Shown: piece after piece, positions 33,021 through 45,053 of the stretch
Layout: the number at the start of each line of letters is the position of its first letter
Numbering within the stretch: the stretch's first letter is position 1
NCBI GenBank assembly: GCA_013239625.1
Contig: MU054400.1
Coordinates: 3,136,282 to 3,200,281 of the forward strand
Reading direction: 5' to 3'
DNA length: 64,000 nucleotides
DNA from: Lama guanicoe
Taxonomy: Eukaryota
Translations under genes and position numbers: made by a program
The notes under the pieces: model-generated
What the model was told of the DNA's origin: nothing
Databases searched by the model: none
Seen by the model: only the letters and a program-made list of their open reading frames with translations

Positions 33021-35330
33021 TGGGAGCTTTTAAATAAGTATAATTGAAAGCTTTTAATACCCAGCATTTTCTTATTTGTTTATTTTCACTGGGCACCATC
33101 TATATACATATCTACATCTGGCTTCAATGGGCAATTCTGAGTCTGCTTTAAAATGAAGTCTATTTAGTGTTTTGTAGTCACTCCCCTCCCCCCACCCCAA
33201 TGGAGCCTCGAGGAGGGAAGTTGGTGCATATGAAGTGCTGGCACATGGTCGTCTCCCAGCAAAACTCTGATTGGGGACATTCTCGTGACTATTAACAGTA
33301 GTCATTGTTACTGGTTTTATTTTTTTATATATAATAACAGTTACTAGTCCTTGTTACTGTGGAAAGTGAGACCTTCAGTAAATCAGTCACCTTGTCACAC
33401 CTCTGGCTCCTCAGACATAAACGGGAAATGTAACACGAGATCCCATGCAAGGCTGCTGTCCTGTTGGAAATGGACAATCATGAAATTACTTGGGGGATGA
33501 CAGGCACAAGGTCCCTGCTCAGGGCAAGGAGGTCATCCCCGCTTCCCTTCTCCCTGGAAGGGTGTTGACCTGGCTGCCGGGTGTGTGTCTGGTCTGGATC
33601 CTGGTGCAGAAGAGTTCTCAAGAAGAGAAAAGAATCTTCCTCTTCCGGGAATGTTATAGATTTGTTTTGACATTTCAAGTTGGCAAATGATCCTTGTCCT
33701 GATGAGATAAAACATATTTGTTGATTATCCCCAGAAGCCAGAGTAAATTCATGGGTAAAAAATTTTTTTTAAAAAATAGTAAAATGTTTGAGTGCCATCT
33801 GTGTAAACTCAGAATACACCATTCTAGCAGTTTCTGAACCTATTTTGGTGACCATCAAATAGAAGCAACTGAAAATTAGCCAACAAAATAACAGCGTTAA
33901 TGGAAAGAGGAGGACGTGGAGCTAGAACGCGGTCCTGTGTTTCTAAGATGTCTACAGACAAATGGAAATCTGCCTGCAGGTAACTCTTCTCAGGTTGTTC
34001 ATGAGTAAGTTTACTCCCTCAAACCTCCTCAGTCTCACTCTGACCCCACAGCCCACAGACTCATCACTTCCCGGATTTGATGATGGGTCCACATTACAGT
34101 GTCCTCTCCAGATTCCAGAATGATTTCATCTCTTTAAGGTAAAACTCATTTCTTTCCCTTCTGTCCCCCATTCCATTCTGTGGCATGCGCTGAAATTCAG
34201 GGTCATCCATCTCACTTTCATTATCTTCTCTCAAGGATCAAAAGTATAAAAGAAAGGTAAGTGAGAAGCAAAATAAGAGGAAATTGAACTCCTTGGTCCT
34301 GTATAAGATGTCGGGGCAAAGGACCTATCCGTTAAAGGAGGCAGACTAAAGATTTATCAGATAAAAAAAATGAATCAAATTTTATGTCATTATATATATC
34401 TACCAAATAGGTATAGCCAGGAACTGTTACAGACACTTCCTTCCATTCCAACAATTCAGTTAATTCATTCAGTCGAGGAGCATTGATTGGAACCAGCTTG
34501 GTGTCCGCACTGGAACCCAGGGACATGATTTCATAACCGCATTGTTCACTGCCTGCCTTGATGTACGCATGTCTCTCCAGCACATGGGCGTCCTTGCTGG
34601 GCAGGTTACAGGGTTTACTGATTTCTTATTTCTTACTATTCACTTGTTTCATTTGGTGCGTAATGATACTTTGCTCATAGAAAGCAGCCTGGTTCTTCTA
34701 GTTGAACTGGAGAGAGATTTCTCTTCTGTCTGCCATTCAGTTTATTATATTAAGTAATTCAAGCACTAACATCTGACCTCAAATTTCAAATATGACTCTT
34801 TAACATATTTCAGTTAAGCAGAAAAATTCTAACTAGTTTTTTCCCTTCAGTTATGGGAATTCAGCCTCTGGAAATATCATATCTGATACTTCAGTTGCCT
34901 TGGATATAGAAATATGTGTGCTTCTGAGATAATTCTGAATATTTCAGATCATACGACATTAGATATAATTTGCTTGTCACTAACTTATAATGCACTGGAA
35001 GCCCCCAACAATACACCATGCTAAGACATTACGTTAGTGTTATCTTAGAAAGTAACAGCGCATTACTCAGATGGGGATAGAAATTTCAAAAACACTTGTG
35101 TACTAGGCTATCGCTGCTCAGGGAGGATTGGGTGAAGCTCAGGGCGTGGATCTCCTCAGGGAAGGCAGTCCTGCTGGGAAGCCAACCTGTCTCGTTCTTC
35201 CTACTGTCGAGGAAAGGTGAGTTTCTGCTTTCTGGTACCAAGGATGCTCAGCGATAAAACATGTCATTTTCACGGGTACTTTTTGGTGTCAAATGCAGAC
35301 TTCATTTATAAGAGCTTTAACCGAACTGGA

Positions 35331-35365
35331 AAACAAACAAACAAACAAACAACAAACAAACAAAC
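35331..35365. repeat. (AAAC)n microsatellite, imperfect
   Basis: Read directly from the sequence. Confidence 0.9.
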
Positions 35366-36539
35366 CCAGAACTAGCAGCTGCTCCCACCCATGTGGAACC
35401 AGAACTGGAGTGTAAGGCCCTGCGGGGCTCTGCGGCGTCTCCTCCTCTCACTCACTGTGCTCGTTTCCAGGGGGGCCGCCCCGCCAGCCCGGGGTCCCCT
35501 CGGTCTCCGCTGTGGGTGGAGACCCAGACCCAGTGAGCTGCTGTGTGCGCCCTGGGACGGGTGGTCGGCACCTCTGCTTGTGGGGCAGCTGGGTACTGCG
35601 TGATCGCCAGGTATTTTTCATATCCTCCTGCCTTTTCTTCACAGGCTTTAAAAATGATCAGCCATCACCAACCTAGGAACTAATTTTAAATGTCCAAGCA
35701 ACAAGGTCTGATTCCTAAGACAATTTCTTGTTTTGAATGATTTACTGACTGAGTAAGTTTATAGCCTGTAACACTAGCCAAGATAGTTAACGTCAGAGCA
35801 ATATCAGTTCTTACAAGATTAGTAAAAACTCCAGGTGGGGCTTTCAGTGTAATGTTTTAAAGCTTATTTCAGTGTGGGCATGGCCGTGGGGGGGTGCACT
35901 GCATTTGTTCCTCACCCTTTCTCTTGCTGCTTCAGAGAGTGCATTAAAAATTAAAACCCTCGGCATTATGAATTCTGTATTTTTTTTCAGCCCTGAATTT
36001 CCTATAAGGTTGACATGAAAGTTAAGCAGAAATTCTGATGGAATTTATTCTTATTTTTTTAAATAAAAGGTTTAATGGGTGAGATTCATCATCTGGAATC
36101 ACAGCTTGTTTGTATGATTTAACTTCTCAATTATAGGGCAAACAGCAAAGCTTCAAACTTTAGTCCTCACTTTACACAGATTTCTTTCTCAATTGCAATA
36201 TCGCCATCTTAATTCCAGGTGAAAGAGAAACAGAAACATGTTCCTCTGCTCACTCAGTGCATCAGAACTTACTATTGTCAGGGCTACATTCCAACCTCAT
36301 CCGTGAGGCATCAGCCTGTTCTGAGATTCAACAAATACAGATCAAAGCCTTCTTGTGCCTTTCCAGGCAGAAGAATACTCCCTGTTGGTCTTTCCCTAAA
36401 ACTCAGAAAACATCTCAGTTGAAACACTTGTCACATTGCATTATAATTAGTTATTCGCATTACGAATTGCACCAGTTCAGCATTTCCAAATTTTATATCT
36501 TTCAGAACATAATTCAGATGCCAAACAGAAATGAATAAG

Positions 36540-36750
36540 AAGCACAACGGTCAAATAGATATGGAAAAAATCTGGGTTTAACACATTCACCCAGACTTCT
36601 TGACAGCAAGACTTCTCAGAGGCTTTAAAATGTTAATATGCATTGTGGATCCAAAGAGTGAGATACAAAACTTCTCACATTTTTGGACTGTAAACCATTT
36701 TTACTCAGAACACTCAGGGCCCAGAGCCATGCTCCGAGAACCCCACTGGG
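36540..36750. mobile_element. hAT-Charlie-like MITE fragment (related piece at ~31700-31830)
   Basis: ctgggtttaac...gacttctcagaggctttaaaatgttaatatgcattgtggatcc. Confidence 0.5.
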
Positions 36751-36859
36751 GATCCTGAGTCCCTCCTCCTCACTGTGTATTCTCAGCACCTAGCGTGGTG
36801 CCTAGCACCTAGGGGGCGCTCTCTACGTCAACAGTTTCCCAGTTTCTATTTTCAGCTGG

Positions 36860-38163
36860 GGTCTTTCTTTGGAACTCCAGACGCACACATCTCACAGCCT
36901 ATTCGACATCTTCACTTGGTAATAACCTCATGGGATCTTGAACTCAGCATTTCTGAAACTGAACTTTAGATCTTTCCCCACGAAACCAATTCCCCCTGCA
37001 GCCTTCCCATCTCACAGTTGGTGTCAACTCCATCCTTCTAGCAGCTCAAACCAAAAACCTTGGAGTCGTTCTTGACTCCTTTTTCTCATCAATCTACCAT
37101 AAAGCAGCATTTTCTCTACCGCAAATCTGATCACTCCCCACACCACCACTGCCCCTAACCTGATCCAAGCCGTCATCATCCTCCCCTGGATTTCTGGGAT
37201 AGGCTCCTCCTACCTGCTCCTCCTGGGAGCACCCTTGCCCTCTACTCTCTAGTCCCAACAAGGCAGCCAAGCTGATCCTTTTATTTACAAAACAGAAACA
37301 GACTCACTGACAGAGAAAACAAACTTACGGTTACCAAAGAGGAAAGGGGAGGAGGGATAAATTAGGAGTTTGGAATAAGCAGATACAAACAACTATATAT
37401 AAAATGGATAAACAGCAAGGTCCTACTCTATAGCACAAGGAACTATATTCAATATCTTGTAATAACCTAGATAAAATAGATAAAATAGAAAAGAATATGA
37501 AAAGAGTATATATATATATACAGATATATATATATATCTGAATCAGTTTGCTGTACACCAGCAACTAACACAACATTGTAAATCTGATTATACTTCAATT
37601 AAAAAAATAAACAAAGTCGTATCATATCCCTCCCCTCAAAAGCCTGCACTGGTTCCCCATTTCATTCAAAGTAAAAGCTGAAGTCTTGCAGTGACATGGA
37701 AGGCTCCACATAATTAGGGTACTTCCCCCCACCATCTCTCTCCCCCAGATACACTGACCCCCAAGCTATTGGGCAAATATACCAGGTCCTCTCCTGCCTT
37801 AGGTTTTTGCAATGCTGTTCCCTCTGCTTGGAACATTCTAGACCCAGAGCCAACTTTCTCGTCTCTTAAATATTTTCTCAAATCTCACCTTCACAATGAG
37901 GCTCACCTCGACCTCTGTACTTAAAACTGCAACCCAGCCCCATCTTCCATACCCTCACTTCCACTTACCCTGATTTTAAAAAAATTTTCTTCCATAGTTT
38001 TCACCTCTTCTGACATTCTACATAATTTTCAAATTGATGTATCTCTTCTGTCTCCTTTCACTAGAATATATGCTCTATGTTTAGCTCACTGATACTGCTC
38101 AAGAGACAAGAACAGTGCAGGGTACACAATAGATGCTCAGTAAGTTTTGTTGAATGAATGAAA
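36860..38163 (+). mobile_element. L2 LINE 3' region, interrupted by an L1
   Basis: catcttcacttgg...ccaaaaaccttggagtcgttcttgactcct...; ends gatgctcagtaagttttgttgaatgaatgaa. Confidence 0.85.
37281..37610 (+). mobile_element. L1 3'-end fragment
   Basis: tatttacaaaacagaaacagactcac...ggtcctactctatagcacaagg...tacttcaattaaaaaaa. Confidence 0.9.
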
Positions 38164-38744
38164 TCTGAGTGAAATTCAATGACACTGGATGCTAAATAAG
38201 CTCCGGCTGGTTCACGGGGGATCTTTTATGTGGCTGAGCTCTACGGGCAGAAAGTCAAACACTATGGGATTTTTCCTTCCAAGCGAAATAAAGATTATAT
38301 TTTTGGATGAATCAGACAAGGTCAGTGTGCTATAATTCTATGTTTATTTCACCTGACCAAGACCAATACTGGTCAAAAGACTTGGTAGCTAACAGAATGT
38401 TGGTCTACATGAACTTACTGAAATGTGGTTCCATAGGAGGGTGATGTGCAAGAGAGTTATGGGAAGAAATATTAAAAATTCTTGTGATGTATATTTTTCT
38501 TTTAAAAAATAAGAAAAAGGTCAGCTTTACTAATATTTCATTTACTCATTGACACTGGTGCCCTCACTCAGGCCACACATCTCATCACATGTGTAGGATG
38601 ACAGCTATCTAAGGGAAGAAAGGCGTCCACAGCCAGTGGCTCCTTCCCTCATTTGTTCATCTTCAACATATTTTAACATATAATAGTTACTGTGTCCATA
38701 AAAGAATTTATAATTTTTGCTACTTATCTAGTGTTACATAAACT

Positions 38745-39131
38745 AGCTATCAAAAATTGTGTCCCGCCCCTCAAATTGATACATGATGAATTTGAACTCC
38801 CAAAGTGACAGTATTTGTAGATGGAGCTGTTGGGAGGTAATTAGGGTTAGATGAGGTCATGAGGGTGGGGGCCCTGTCCAATGGGAGTAGGGTCCTTATA
38901 AAAAAAAGACACCAGAGAGCTCATCCTCTTTTTTTCTTGGAGGGAAGCCCATGTGAACACGCAGTGAGAAGGTGGCCATCTGAAAAACAGGAGATATCTC
39001 ACCAGAAACCAACCCAGCTGGCACCTTGAGCTCAGATTTCCGGCCTTTAGAGCTATGAGAAAATAAATTTATGTTGTTTAAGCCACTCAGTCTATCATAT
39101 TTTGTTATGGAAGCCTGAGCTGACTAATACA
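38745..39131 (+). mobile_element. MaLR LTR (MLT1A-like)
   Basis: gggaggtaattagggttagatgaggtcatgagggtgggg...gttgtttaagccactcagtct...ctgagctgactaataca. Confidence 0.88.
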
Positions 39132-39147
39132 AACAGGATCTTACATA

Positions 39148-39338
39148 CAGCTGTCCCTCAGTACCCGTGGGGGAGTGGTTTCAGGATCCCTCGTGGTTAC
39201 TAAAATCTGAGGATGGTCAATCCCTAAGGTGGCTCTCTGCATCCCTGATTCCACATCCATGAATTCAAGCAACCTCAGATCATAAACATAGTACACAACC
39301 CTCAGATGCAGAAACCTGCGGATTCAGACGGCTTGCTG
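39148..39338. mobile_element. TcMar-Tigger MITE (MER8-like)
   Basis: TA-flanked cagctgtccctcagtacccgtggggga...gcggattcagacggcttgctg. Confidence 0.75.
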
Positions 39339-41254
39339 TACTTACAAATTTCCCCCCATAAAATCATGGAGTAAACCTACTACTAAAAATACAAGCACAA
39401 TGAACAAAAAGAAAATAGCAGAGTTGAGACCTTGCTTCTCCTACATACTCTTCATCAGCTGTATTACCAGGTAAAAATGATGATCTAATAATAATAATCC
39501 AAAATGTTGATAATCGTTGAACATGAGTGATGAAAGTGTAGAGTTTCATGACACTCTTCTCTCTATTATGTATTTTAAAGCTTTTTCATAATTTAAATTT
39601 TTTTTAAGAATTTTAAAGTGGCTAAAAAGAAATTATTGAGAACAGTATTTGGAATGTAGACTTACAACCAGCATCAAGGACACTAAATTTCTCTCTAGGT
39701 GTTTATTGGGTCTTGAGAGATTAGCTCATGAAAGTATGAAGCCTCAGAAGGAGTAACACTTTTCAAAATTTTGTGTATTTCATTTTTATGTCATAATTTT
39801 CAGTTTCCGCATTTCTAGGTACATTTTACAACACACACATCAGCACCACAGTATGGAAAAACGATTTATAGGTAACTACCTATACGTGTACTAGGGGTGC
39901 AGGCTCCAACACTTTTATTGATGGGAATATACAAGTGAAAAAATTGAGGTCCTCACTAGTTAAATGATAGGAGAGAAGATGTATAATGTGTAAATATGAG
40001 GAATGCCAATAAAGATATTAAGGCCCAAATTAGGGGGCAAGGAGCTAATGGTCCTAGGAAAAATCTACAAGGTTAATGCATACATGCATTACTTGTATAT
40101 ACACACATTATTTGTAAAATTAGTAAAGCTTTTTGGAATCCTTTGGGATGAAAGGAATAGAAAACAATATATTATTAATATTACTATTATACCGCATGCT
40201 CATGTTTCTATATAAAACTGCCAGCGGAGTCTTTAATGGTCTCATTCTTTATGCAACTTATACCAGTCTTCACTGAAGAGACGCACATTCATCTAAATTA
40301 TTGAGATACATTTTAATTTAGTTGGACGATACTAAAGCTTGGAATGACTAAAGAGCACAAAAAAAATGATCAGCTCAGGACTCTGAAAAATAAACGTGAA
40401 ATGACCTGGGACCATGGAGAACACATTTTTGTACCTCTCTGCACTCTTTCCACGGATAAGTGGTGTGCAGACGTCCCACAGCAAGGCACTCAAAGTGCGG
40501 CAGAAGGGCTGGTGCGAGGTGGAAAGGATTCCTTCATTTTTATCTTTATGTGACAGTGATTCTATATTTTTTTTCCCAGGGCTGATTGAATACTTTTACT
40601 CTGTAGTCTTAAATAACAGCCAAGAAAAGACTTCATTGCTTTCTCATCAAAAGCAGCATGATTTTTTTTGCTCATTTCAGTGTGGAGATTTGATTTTTTT
40701 TTTATTTAATTAGCTGGCCCAGTGGAAACATGGATTAAGGGGTTGCTGTGCCCTATGGAGGATCTATAGCCCAGAAAAGTAGGAGAACCATGGTGGTGGG
40801 AACTACGGTTTTATGTTACCTTTCTGCTTTTATCCACATTCTTTAGTTTTTGACAAACCGCACAGACTCCAACAACGTCCAGCCAGCCATCCTCTCAGCT
40901 CCAGAAGATAAAGACATTGTGCTTATTCAAAGAGGTCATAAAGCAAGACACCACATCGTTTACAGCTGGGTACCCGGGACATCTGCCCTGACATCCCATG
41001 CCTTCTCCTCCTCTGATCCCACCCCACCTCCCTGTCCCATCACTTCTATAATATGCAGCTGGAAAGTTGTCTCCTTCCAGACTGGGGAGCGTTTGTGTTT
41101 CTCAACAAGCATGGAGATTTACTCAGAAGCCCCACCCTGAGGACCACATGCCCAGAGGGAGTAGCTCTGGCCTTAGCACCATCTCATCAGGTGATTCAGA
41201 GCTTCAAATTTCCCAACCACAAAACAGGCTTCCTTACCCCGGGGGCAAAGGAAA

Positions 41255-41470
41255 GCAGCAGGTAGCATGGGAACCTGGAGAAGCTGACCTGCTTTTGAAA
41301 TCCGCCCCTGCTACCTCACAATTCCCCCTGAGAAGTTGTGAGAACTTGGGCGGGTCACCTGAATGCTCAGTCTCAATTTTCTCTCTGGAAAACAAGGATG
41401 CTAATGTACTCACATCATAGACTCCACGCACAGGTTAAATAAATTCCTCTTTGTGAGGCACCTAGAGCGT
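41255..41470 (+). mobile_element. MIR SINE
   Basis: gagaacttgggcgggtcacctgaatgctcagtctcaattttctctctggaaaac. Confidence 0.55.
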
Positions 41471-41592
41471 GCCGATCCATGTCTGTGTGAAGGACTCCGT
41501 GACCGGTAACCATTACCAAGCAGCAACAAGAAAATTCTAGTACAAATTGCCCAGATTCCGGGAACCCCATATATAATTTGAAATAAAACAAT

Positions 41593-42064
41593 TGTATTTG
41601 TTTTCTCATGTTGCCATAGCAAATTACCACGAGCTGAGTGGCCTGAAACAACACAAATTTATTATCTTGCAGTCCTGTAGGTTAGAAATCTAACTCAGGT
41701 CTCAGTAAAAGCCAGGTTTCTGCTGTTCCCCTTGCTGGAGGTTCTAAGAAGAATCCTTGTCTTTTTCAGCTGCTGGAAGCTGACCACGTTCCTTGGCTCT
41801 AAGATCCCTTCCTCCATCTCCAAAGTCATCCACGGAGGCTTGACACCCTCTCACATGGCATCACTCTGACTTCCTCCCTGCCTCCCTCTCCCGCTTTGAA
41901 GGACCCTTGCAATTACACTGGACTCACCCAAATAATCCAGGACCATCTCCCTATTTTAAGGTCAGCCGATTGGCAACCTTAACTCCCCTTTGCTGCATAA
42001 CCTAACACAAGCTCCAGCAACTGGGGACTTCTGGGCAGTGGGGGACATTATCTTACCTACTACA
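41593..42064 (-). mobile_element. MaLR LTR (MLT1D-like)
   Basis: tgtatttgttttctcatgttgccatagcaaattaccac...aaacaacacaaatttattatctt...ataatccaggaccatctccctattttaaggtcagc...tacctactaca. Confidence 0.88.
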
Positions 42065-44167
42065 ATTAAACAGAACCTCTCTGTCCCCAGAGTGAAACAA
42101 ATAGATTTGTTTTTATTGCCATTGAGCTGCCAGAAGGGATGACAGGATAATGGAAAACTACTTATCACCAAGGCATGGAATTCCGCAGGTACCGCTCAGC
42201 ACGAACGTTACTCTCTTTCCACAAAGAGTCCATGCGCCCTGTACTACCTCACCACACCAGCCTTCACAGAAGGGATCTGCAGAGAATATTACATCTGAGA
42301 AGAGTCATCCTTCAAGCACTTTGTGGATTTATGGACAGAAAAAGTAAGACCCAAAATAGCTAGCATGAAAGCACCGTGAAAGATGAAGGCTGCATTTTAA
42401 GTCTGAATATTGAGTCATTGCAGATGCATGACCAAGAATGCCTTAGGATTTACTGAAGCAGGAGGAAGCGACCAGAGATACAATTCTACTATGAGACGTA
42501 GACGACTTTGGCCAACACAGACCCAACCAGGAGACCAAAGAGGAGGAGGGATCAGACCATCCCAGGACCAGCCAGGAGTTTCTCCAAGGTCTTTGAAGGG
42601 AGGTTGGTGGTTAACACCAGAGCCCCATCACATAACTCCTTCTGAACCTCTACATGTTCCACAAAGGCCAACCGTGCCTAGCAAACACCTCCCAAGTCTG
42701 TCTCCAATAACAGTAGTGATGCTTCTCGTTTATACAATGATTTTCAGTTTTACAAGCATTTCGCATACATGACTTCCAAAATAAACATTTTCTTGGTATA
42801 CTGGTACATTCAGAAAGCAAAACTCTCCTCGGATCACTCCGTTTATGCCAAAAGTAACCAATGCAGAAGTAATTAAGGTTTTGGTTTAGACGTTACCAGG
42901 GATTATGTCATTGGTAAGGCGCGAAGGGTTTCTGAGCATGAAGTCAGTTCAGTAGGCTGCCAACAGTTAACTGAGGCATTTTCTATAACTGCCTCATTTT
43001 TTGTCTCTAACTTCAAGAAAATGACCCAAGTCCAGTCTGGAAAAGTCCTTTCTCCCTGAAGCTCATACCCCCTCGCATGACCATTATGCATCTGAGGAAT
43101 AAATGAATCTAGATTTTTCTCTTTGCAACAAACCTTGCTTTGTTCTTCTGCAAATGAACCAAAGTAGTCATCACTTTTAGCAAGACAAGCAAGATTTCTG
43201 ATATTAAGGTTACAATTCAGGAGGATTTTCTTCAGAATACAAAAATGCCTTTCCAAGGGAGTACTGAGGCAAGGTTTCTTTGAGAGGCAGAAAATCAGGA
43301 GTTTGCTGTCCCTTTCTGCAACATCATAATTAGTAAGGAGGAGATCAATCCTGCCATTTCAATCTGCATCAGCCTGAAGGTCAAGCAGAAGCACGTAGTA
43401 AATTCTCTTTCTGACTCTGCCAGATTGCAACTCCAACAGACTCCTTCCAGTATGAAAACCTTAGCTTCCACCTCCACCACTCCAGAATGTCTTCCCCCAT
43501 CATTAGTAGATTATTCTCCTGGGTGGAAGGCTTTCCTCTGCTCGTTAGGATCCCAGTGGAAGGAAATCACCCTAGTGGTTATTTGTTCCATCCAAAATTC
43601 TGGGTCTATCCATACAGCCTCCACTAATTAATATCGAAAAGTTTGTTCAAATTCTCCACGTGGCCTCTCATATAAAGCAGCAACCACCAGCTTGGGAACA
43701 TCTCACGGAACCCTCTGAGGATGAGGCAAAGACATTTTTACTTCATTACAACACATCAGGGCTAGTCCCGCCCACAAGCAGCACAACCACCTGAAATGTT
43801 TCTGTTTTGTCTCTCTGACTTGCACGCTTGGCTTAAGGAAGAGGATGGAAAATAACAACATATAATCATCAACAGATATTCCCAGCATTACATTTGACGT
43901 GTCTTCAACGTGCTAAACCACAATCGCAGAAAATTTAGAAAGCCTTAGAACCGCGAGGGGAAAGAGAAATATGCTGGTTTTTCCCACCCTGCCCTCTTTT
44001 AGCAGCAGCGCACCCGTCTCCCAGCCACTGCAAGCTCCCTGCGGCCCCCTCCTCGGGGAACTCAGAGCCACCCCCCTCCCTGGGACCCCAGACAATGACT
44101 GAATGGGGAGGGGTTACAAAACACTGACCTCATGCCTCAAGGCAAAACCAACTCTCCAGTGTTTTGG

Positions 44168-44385
44168 GTTTTTTTTAACTGAAGTCTAGTCAGTTACAAT
44201 GTGTCGATTTCAGGTGTATTTTAGCATAATGTTTCAGTCATGCATATCCATACATACATTCATTTTCATATGCTTTTTCATAATAGGTTACTACAAGATA
44301 TTGAATATAGTTCCCCGTGCTATACAGAAGAAATTTGGGGTTTTTTTAAATCTATTTTATATGTAGTAGTCAATATTTGCAAATC
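44168..44385 (-). mobile_element. L1 3'-end fragment (a second tiny tail lies at ~44500-44545)
   Basis: ttttttaactgaagtctagtcagttacaatg...ataggttactacaagatattgaatatagttccccgtgctatacag. Confidence 0.85.
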
Positions 44386-44599
44386 TCGCTGTATGGTCGT
44401 TAGCCCATTTCACATATTCCAGCTCTGAATGCAGTGGGCTTCTCTGGGAGGGATTCAATTTATGCATACATTATTGTTTTCTTTTTTTTTTTTCCTGTCT
44501 TCTTTTTTTTTAAACTGAAGTAGAGTTAATTTACAATGTCATGTTATTTTCTTTTGGATAAGACAAATTACCAGCCACTCCACCTGGAGCAGAGACAGT

Positions 44600-45053
44600 G
44601 CATCACCTGGAGACACTCGGTGAGGCTGGCTTTACAGGGAGTCGTGGGCACTCTCCAAATCACTCCCAGATCCCCTCAGCCCTTCCAGAATCTACCTGCA
44701 AACATTTCCCTCACACACCGAGGGCTCCCTGCCTCTCTGCTTGAGGGCCAGAGGACCAGGGAGTTGGCCTGACCCTTAACGAACAAGGGATGTTCGTGGG
44801 TGGATGGGCACCCCGGCTTCTTAGTGCCTCACACAACAGTGGGGCTGTGGCTCTGCTTGGTCTCTGAGGGGGTCCCCAGGCAGGTCGAGTCCCAGTTGCC
44901 CTTGTGGGTTACCTGCTCACTAACACATCTTGCATTATCTTCCTTCTCTTCTCTGACTCACTTCCCAACTGGGCTTCCTAGAATCTGCTCCCACTTAAAC
45001 CACTCCTACCCACGTTCTGATCTCATGGCCTTGTGGGGAATCCAGATTAGGAC
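44600..45053 (+). mobile_element. ERVL LTR (LTR16-like)
   Basis: gtcccagttgccc...acctgctcactaacac...tcacttccc...gcttcctagaatc...tggggaatccagattaggaca. Confidence 0.55.
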
